Of a DNA stretch of 64,000 nucleotides, positions 59,277 through 64,000 are shown piece after piece; positions within the stretch are counted from its first letter, which is position 1; each line of letters starts with the position of its first letter. The notes under the pieces are model-generated. The model did not search any database and was not told the DNA's origin. It worked only from the letters and a program-made list of their open reading frames with translations. The stretch comes from an uncultured bacterium (GTDB lineage Bacteria > Krumholzibacteriota > Krumholzibacteriia > LZORAL124-64-63), in assembly GCA_963727525.1 (NCBI GenBank), contig CAVSGO010000005.1:64001-128000 (forward strand), read 5' to 3'. Both the position numbers and the translations under genes were made by a program.

Positions 59277-60504
59277 GGTTGTACCTGCGAAATTGTGCAT
59301 GGCCCGGTGCTTGCCTGACCCGAGGCCATGTGCTCACCGACTTCGCCCTCAGCTCAACCCTGGTCCCCGCCTCACTGCCCCAACCCCAACTGCCACCACC
59401 ACCACCACATGCACGGCCCCTGGCCCTTCCTCAGGCGCGGGTACTTCCGACGACTCAACCCGCCCCACCTCGTCCCCCGCTTCCAGTGCCGACACTGCGG
59501 CCGATCCTTCTCCAAGCAGACCTTCTCCACCACCTACTGGCTCAAGAAGCCGCTTCTGCTGCCCCTGATCCTCGATCTCTCCGTCAACGCCATGGCCAAC
59601 CGCCAGGCGGCCCGGACGCTCAAATGTGCTCCCGCGACCGCCGATCTCCAGCTCGCCCGCCTCGGCCGCCACTGCCTGCTCTTTCAGCGACACATGCTCA
59701 CCGGAGCGTCTCCCCCCGCTGACATCGCCATCGATGGCTTCGTCACCTTCGAGTACAGCCAGGACTACCCGTTCGAGTTCCTGGTCGCCGTCAACCGGGA
59801 CAACAGCTTCGTCGAGCACTTCACCGAGGCGCCGCAGCGGCGAAGCGGCCGGATGAGCGAGGCCCAGAAGATGCGTCGAGCGGCGCTCGAAGCCGCGTTC
59901 GGGACGCCTGACCCGAAAGCTGTCGAGCAAGGGATGCGCGAGGTGCTCGAGGTCACCCTGGCGGGGGCCACCGTGGCGACGGTGCATAGCGACGAGCATC
60001 AGGCCTATCCGCGGGCGATGCGGGGACTGGCCGTTGAAATCGACCACCAGACGATCAGTTCGCGGGCGAAGCGGGATGCTCGCAATCCGCTGTTCGAGAT
60101 CAACGCGCTGGATGCATTCATCCGGCACAGTCGGGCGGATCATCGGCGGGAGACGATCGCGTTCGCACGGCGCCGTCAGGCCGCGGCGGAGCGATTCGCG
60201 GTGTTCGTGGTGTGGAAGAACTTCGTGAAGAAGCGCTGGGAGAAGCGGTGCTTGTCGACGCCGGCGATGTTGCGGGGGCTGGTGGCGCGGCGGTTGACGG
60301 TGGCAGACATCCTGGAGACGCGGTTGTTTCCGGGGCGGATCGGGTTGCCTGAGAGGTGGCGGGAGTACTACTGGGGTCTGGTGGAGACGCCGGTGGTGGG
60401 GGTGAATCGGCGGCACGAGCTGAAGTACGCGTTCTAGAAGCGGATGCCGCGGTCGGTGAATTCCGACCGTGGAACCAGCCATGCACAATTTCGCAGGTAC
60501 AACC
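59277..60504 (+). mobile_element. Insertion sequence (IS1-like) with perfect 27-bp terminal inverted repeats
   Basis: GGTTGTACCTGCGAAATTGTGCATGGC at 59277-59303 and its reverse complement at 60478-60504. Flanks CAAACGTTG and GAAGCGTTG match at 7 of 9. Confidence 0.85.
59328..60437 (+). CDS. Transposase with N-terminal zinc ribbon, HTH and DDE-like domain (IS1-like)
   Basis: CPNPNC...RFQCRHCGRSFS, NRQAARTL, IAIDGFVTFE, VHSDEHQAY, TPAMLRGL; enclosed by the inverted repeats. Confidence 0.8.
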   Translation: MCSPTSPSAQPWSPPHCPNPNCHHHHHMHGPWPFLRRGYFRRLNPPHLVPRFQCRHCGRSFSKQTFSTTYWLKKPLLLPLILDLSVNAMANRQAARTLKCAPATADLQLARLGRHCLLFQRHMLTGASPPADIAIDGFVTFEYSQDYPFEFLVAVNRDNSFVEHFTEAPQRRSGRMSEAQKMRRAALEAAFGTPDPKAVEQGMREVLEVTLAGATVATVHSDEHQAYPRAMRGLAVEIDHQTISSRAKRDARNPLFEINALDAFIRHSRADHRRETIAFARRRQAAAERFAVFVVWKNFVKKRWEKRCLSTPAMLRGLVARRLTVADILETRLFPGRIGLPERWREYYWGLVETPVVGVNRRHELKYAF

Positions 60505-60562
60505 GAAGCGTTGCTTTGACCTGCGTGTAGCGGCAGGCTACCCTCGACGCGAGGTGAATCCC

Positions 60563-62071
60563 ATGCGATCACGCGCGCTTCCATACTTCGTCCTGCTAGT
60601 GGGGATGGCCGCCGGCTGCGCCCACCGCGGCGAACTGGTCGGTCCAGTCACCCCGCCCGGCGAGGGGTGGCCCGGCCCCGGCATCTGCGACCTCATGCCC
60701 GGCGAGGCGGCTCCCACCGATACACTCACCGTCGCCCTGGGCGATACCGTGCGGCCCGACGACGCGCCCGTCCCGCTGAACCAGGCCGAGCGCATCGTCT
60801 TCGCGAATCTCTACGAGACGCTCACGCGGGTCGACTGTGCAGGACGCCTCGTGCCGGGCCTCGCCGAACGCTGGGAACGCCAGGCTGACGGTGCGCGCTG
60901 GGTCTTCATCCTGCGCGAGGACGCGCACTTCTGGGACGGCACGCCGGTCACCGCCAGCGCGGTCATCACCGCCTGGCGGCACAACCAGGAGCTGTCGCGC
61001 CATGCCGGGCGGCTGGGCCCCGGCCTGTGGGTGGACGCGAACGTGCACAGTGTGCTGGCTACCGACGCCCGCCATGTCGTCATCCTGCTGCCGGAACCTC
61101 AGGACGATATCCCGCGCCTGCTCGCGCATCCGGCCCTCGCCGTTGCCGCGACGCGGCGCGGCTGGACCTGGCCCGTTGGCACCGGACCGTGCCGCCTGAG
61201 CGCCGAGAGCGGTGCGCCCGCGCCGGATCTCGTGTGCCGGCCCCACGTGGAACACCCGGACCGGCCCGTCTGGCGGCGGCTCGTCTTCCACATCGTGCCC
61301 GGCGCCGATGCGCGCGACCTGATGCCGCGCGGTGTCGACGTCGCCGTGATCCGCGACCGCGGCGCCGCCGCCTACTACCGCGACGTGCCCGGCGTCGCGA
61401 GCGCTCCCTTGCCGTGGGATCGCCTGCTCGTGCTGCTCACTCCACCGCGAATGGACACCGTGGCGACGCCCGCCCATCCCACCCTCGAGGCGATGAGCGA
61501 AGCCACCGCAGCCGAGGCCCGCCCCTGGGAGCGCCTGCTGTTCCATACTTGCGAGTCGGGTCCATGTCCCCAGCTCGCGGGCCCCATCGATCCGGGTGAC
61601 GGGCGTGCCACGGCACTCTGGGATCCGCTCTACGGCGCGGCCGCCGCGCATGAGATCATGTACGCGGAGGGCGACGTCGACGCGCGGGCGATCGCCGAGC
61701 GCGTCACCGCGTTCGCCGGCGCTGATCGGCGGCCCCGTGCGGTGCCCCCGACCGACCTCGCGGCCGCCATCGCGAGTGGCACCGCCTCCGGTTACGTGGT
61801 CACCTTGCGCGCGACATTCCCCACGGCCTGCCTCACGCTCAGCTCTCTCCTCGGCCGAGCCGCCTGGTTGCAGGCCGCCGTGGCCGGCGAGCGCGCCGAC
61901 GATCCCTGCGTGGTGGCCGAGCGTATGGTGGCCAGCGGCGTCGCCGAACCCCTCGTGCAGACGCGGGCGCGCCTGGTCTGGCGGGGCCACCTCGCCGGCT
62001 TGCGCCTGGGCCACGACGGGACGCCCTGGCTGGCCACGCTCGGACGCGCCCGCCCCGGCAGCCTGCCATGA
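60563..62071 (+). CDS. Family 5 ABC-type solute-binding-like lipoprotein
   Basis: Lipobox AAGC; NLYETLTRVD, PGLAERWE, FILREDAHFWDGTPVTA, GTGP; GAGGTG RBS; TTGACC-17-TACCCT at 60516-60544. Confidence 0.75.
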   Translation: MRSRALPYFVLLVGMAAGCAHRGELVGPVTPPGEGWPGPGICDLMPGEAAPTDTLTVALGDTVRPDDAPVPLNQAERIVFANLYETLTRVDCAGRLVPGLAERWERQADGARWVFILREDAHFWDGTPVTASAVITAWRHNQELSRHAGRLGPGLWVDANVHSVLATDARHVVILLPEPQDDIPRLLAHPALAVAATRRGWTWPVGTGPCRLSAESGAPAPDLVCRPHVEHPDRPVWRRLVFHIVPGADARDLMPRGVDVAVIRDRGAAAYYRDVPGVASAPLPWDRLLVLLTPPRMDTVATPAHPTLEAMSEATAAEARPWERLLFHTCESGPCPQLAGPIDPGDGRATALWDPLYGAAAAHEIMYAEGDVDARAIAERVTAFAGADRRPRAVPPTDLAAAIASGTASGYVVTLRATFPTACLTLSSLLGRAAWLQAAVAGERADDPCVVAERMVASGVAEPLVQTRARLVWRGHLAGLRLGHDGTPWLATLGRARPGSLP

Positions 62072-63810
62072 GCATCCGCACGCGTATCCTCCTGGGCGCC
62101 GTGCTGTTGATCGTGGTGCCGCTCGCCGCGCTCACGAGCGTGGTGCGCCAGCGCCTCGCGTCCCGCGAGTCGGGCCGCTTCACCGCGCTCGTCGACGATC
62201 AACTCGCCCGCGCGTCGGGCGTGCTCAGCCAGGAAGCCACCCGCGTGCAGCAACGGCTCGCCGCGCTCGCGCGCGCCACCGGCGACGACGACCGCCTGCG
62301 CCTCGCCCTCGTCGGCGGGCGCGACGACCTGCGCCCCTACGTGCGGGACTACGCCGGCTTCGCCCGCGATCTGACGGGTCTCGAGGTGCTCCAGCTCCAG
62401 GATTCCGCGGGCCGGATCCTCAGCTCCGGACACTATCGCAACGAGTACGATCGGCGTGAGCCGGCCCTGCCCCGCCTGCTCCGCGAAACCGCTTGGGCCC
62501 GCCTGCCCGCCACCGGTGCGACCACCGGAGCGATGGTCGTCGATCGCGATCCCGACGGCACGTTCCTCGCCCTCGAACACGCCGAGACGCTGACGCTCGG
62601 CGGCCAGGGCTTCACGCTGGTGGGCGGCGTGCGCGTGACCGCAAGCTCGCTGAGCGCGTTGCGCCAGTCACCGCTCCTGAACCTCGTCATCGTGGCCGAC
62701 GACGGTCCGCTCGTGGGCGTGGAACCGCTGCCCCGCGCCTTCGCCGATTTCCGGGCCTGGAACGATGGCGAAGCCTTGCGGGAGCAGTCCACCACCGCCG
62801 GCTTCGCCGCCGCCGCATGGGCCATCCCCCTGGTGCGCGACGACGCGCTGCAGTGGGCGCACCTGCTGGTGACGTACCCGCGCGCGCCACTGCGGCGACG
62901 CTTACGTGAGCTCGACATGACGCTCGGACTCGCACTGTTGATCACGCTGGCGGGAGCCCTGCTCCTCGCCCTCTGGGTAGCCGATCGTCTCAGCCATCCG
63001 CTGCGCGACCTCGCACGCCGGGCGGAGAAGGTCGATCTCGCCGCTCCCGGGCCGCCCCTGGCCAGGGGACGGCGCGACGAGGTGGGCCGTCTGGCCACCG
63101 TGCTCGACGCGATGATCGCGCGCCTGCGCGAGGGTGCGCTGCGCCTGCAAGATGCCGAGCGCCGTGCCACCCAGGGAGAGATTGCCCGGCAGGTGAACCA
63201 CGACGTACGTAACGGGCTCACCCCGCTGCGCAACGTGTTCCGGCATCTCATCGAGGTGGCCGAGCGCGAGCCACAGGCGTTGCCGGCCATCCTCGCCGAG
63301 CGTCGCGGCACGCTGGAGAGCGGACTCTCGTACCTCGAGGATCTCGCCTCGAACTACGCCCGCCTGTCGCCCCCCCGACGCCGGGAGTCGTGCGATCTCG
63401 TGGCCATCGCCCGCGCGGCAGCGGCCACCGCCGCGCCCGCCACGGTGCTGGCCGACGACGACCTGCCGCCCGTCGTGGCCGATCCGGTGAGCCTGCGCCG
63501 CATCCTCGACAACCTCCTGCGCAACGCCCAGGACGCGCTGCCTGGCGATGGCGGCACCATCACGGTGACCCTGCGCCGCGCCGGCGATGCCCTGGTGTGT
63601 GAGATCGCCGACAACGGACGAGGTATTGCGCCGGCCGATCAGGAGCGCATCTTTCAGGACTTCTACACCACCAAGGCGCACGGCACCGGCCTGGGCCTGA
63701 GCAACGTGCGCCGGCTGGTCGCCGATTGCGGCGCCCACATCGCCGTGCGGAGCGCGGAGAACGAGGGCACCACCTTCACCATCACCCTGCCCGCGGAGGC
63801 CGACGCATGA
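62068..63810 (+). CDS. HAMP-domain sensor histidine kinase
   Basis: Two TM helices, HAMP (RRDEVGRL), H-box VNHDVRNGLTP, NLLRNA, DNGRG, FYTTKAHGTGLGL. Confidence 0.92.
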   Translation: MSIRTRILLGAVLLIVVPLAALTSVVRQRLASRESGRFTALVDDQLARASGVLSQEATRVQQRLAALARATGDDDRLRLALVGGRDDLRPYVRDYAGFARDLTGLEVLQLQDSAGRILSSGHYRNEYDRREPALPRLLRETAWARLPATGATTGAMVVDRDPDGTFLALEHAETLTLGGQGFTLVGGVRVTASSLSALRQSPLLNLVIVADDGPLVGVEPLPRAFADFRAWNDGEALREQSTTAGFAAAAWAIPLVRDDALQWAHLLVTYPRAPLRRRLRELDMTLGLALLITLAGALLLALWVADRLSHPLRDLARRAEKVDLAAPGPPLARGRRDEVGRLATVLDAMIARLREGALRLQDAERRATQGEIARQVNHDVRNGLTPLRNVFRHLIEVAEREPQALPAILAERRGTLESGLSYLEDLASNYARLSPPRRRESCDLVAIARAAAATAAPATVLADDDLPPVVADPVSLRRILDNLLRNAQDALPGDGGTITVTLRRAGDALVCEIADNGRGIAPADQERIFQDFYTTKAHGTGLGLSNVRRLVADCGAHIAVRSAENEGTTFTITLPAEADA

Positions 63811-64000
63811 GCCGCATCCTGATCGTCGACGACGTCGCCGCCATGCGGGAGCAATACGCCTACGACCTGCAGCGCCTCGGCCACCACGACGCGTTCACCG
63901 CCGCCGGCGGACAGGTCGCCCTCGACCTGCTGGAGACCGAGCCGGTGGACTGCATCATCCTAGATCTCGAGATGCCGGGTCTGGACGGCTTCCAGGTGCT
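63807..64000 (+). CDS. Response regulator receiver domain, partial (runs off the right edge)
   Basis: MSRILIVDD...DCIILDLEMPGLDGFQVL; ATGA overlap with the kinase. Confidence 0.9.
   Translation, partial: MSRILIVDDVAAMREQYAYDLQRLGHHDAFTAAGGQVALDLLETEPVDCIILDLEMPGLDGFQV

Overview
GC-rich bacterial window, probably from an FCB-group organism such as Krumholzibacteriota, Latescibacterota or Eisenbacteria (inferred from FlgD-Ig/T9SS-like C-terminal domains and short [ST]W[GS]xV[KR]xxF tails on secreted proteins). The main feature is a ~15 kb minus-strand cluster (8837-24167) that resembles a cytochrome-nanowire system. It holds two tandem hexaheme OmcS-like cytochromes that keep the His16 used for inter-subunit heme ligation in Geobacter OmcS filaments, an NHL beta-propeller, a single 42-CxxCH multiheme cytochrome, a SurA/PpiC-like chaperone, two CsgG/PelC-like proteins, an outer-membrane beta-barrel, a 7-heme cytochrome, hemA (with a +1 frameshift) and a CcsA/HemX-like gene. 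Also present: a DsrMK-like pair; a Wzx/Wza/Wzc-like polysaccharide locus with sulfotransferase, sulfatase-like and ExeA-SPOR genes; archaeal-type topoisomerase VI A and B separated by two unrelated genes; a CarH/LitR B12 photoreceptor with matching operators at its own promoter and at a DUF4397 gene; a stand-alone RelA/SpoT-like protein; many secreted peptidases; an IS1-like element with 27-bp terminal inverted repeats; and an SBP-kinase-response regulator module at the right edge. No rRNA, tRNA or CRISPR array was seen. All family assignments come from motif recognition by eye, not database searches.
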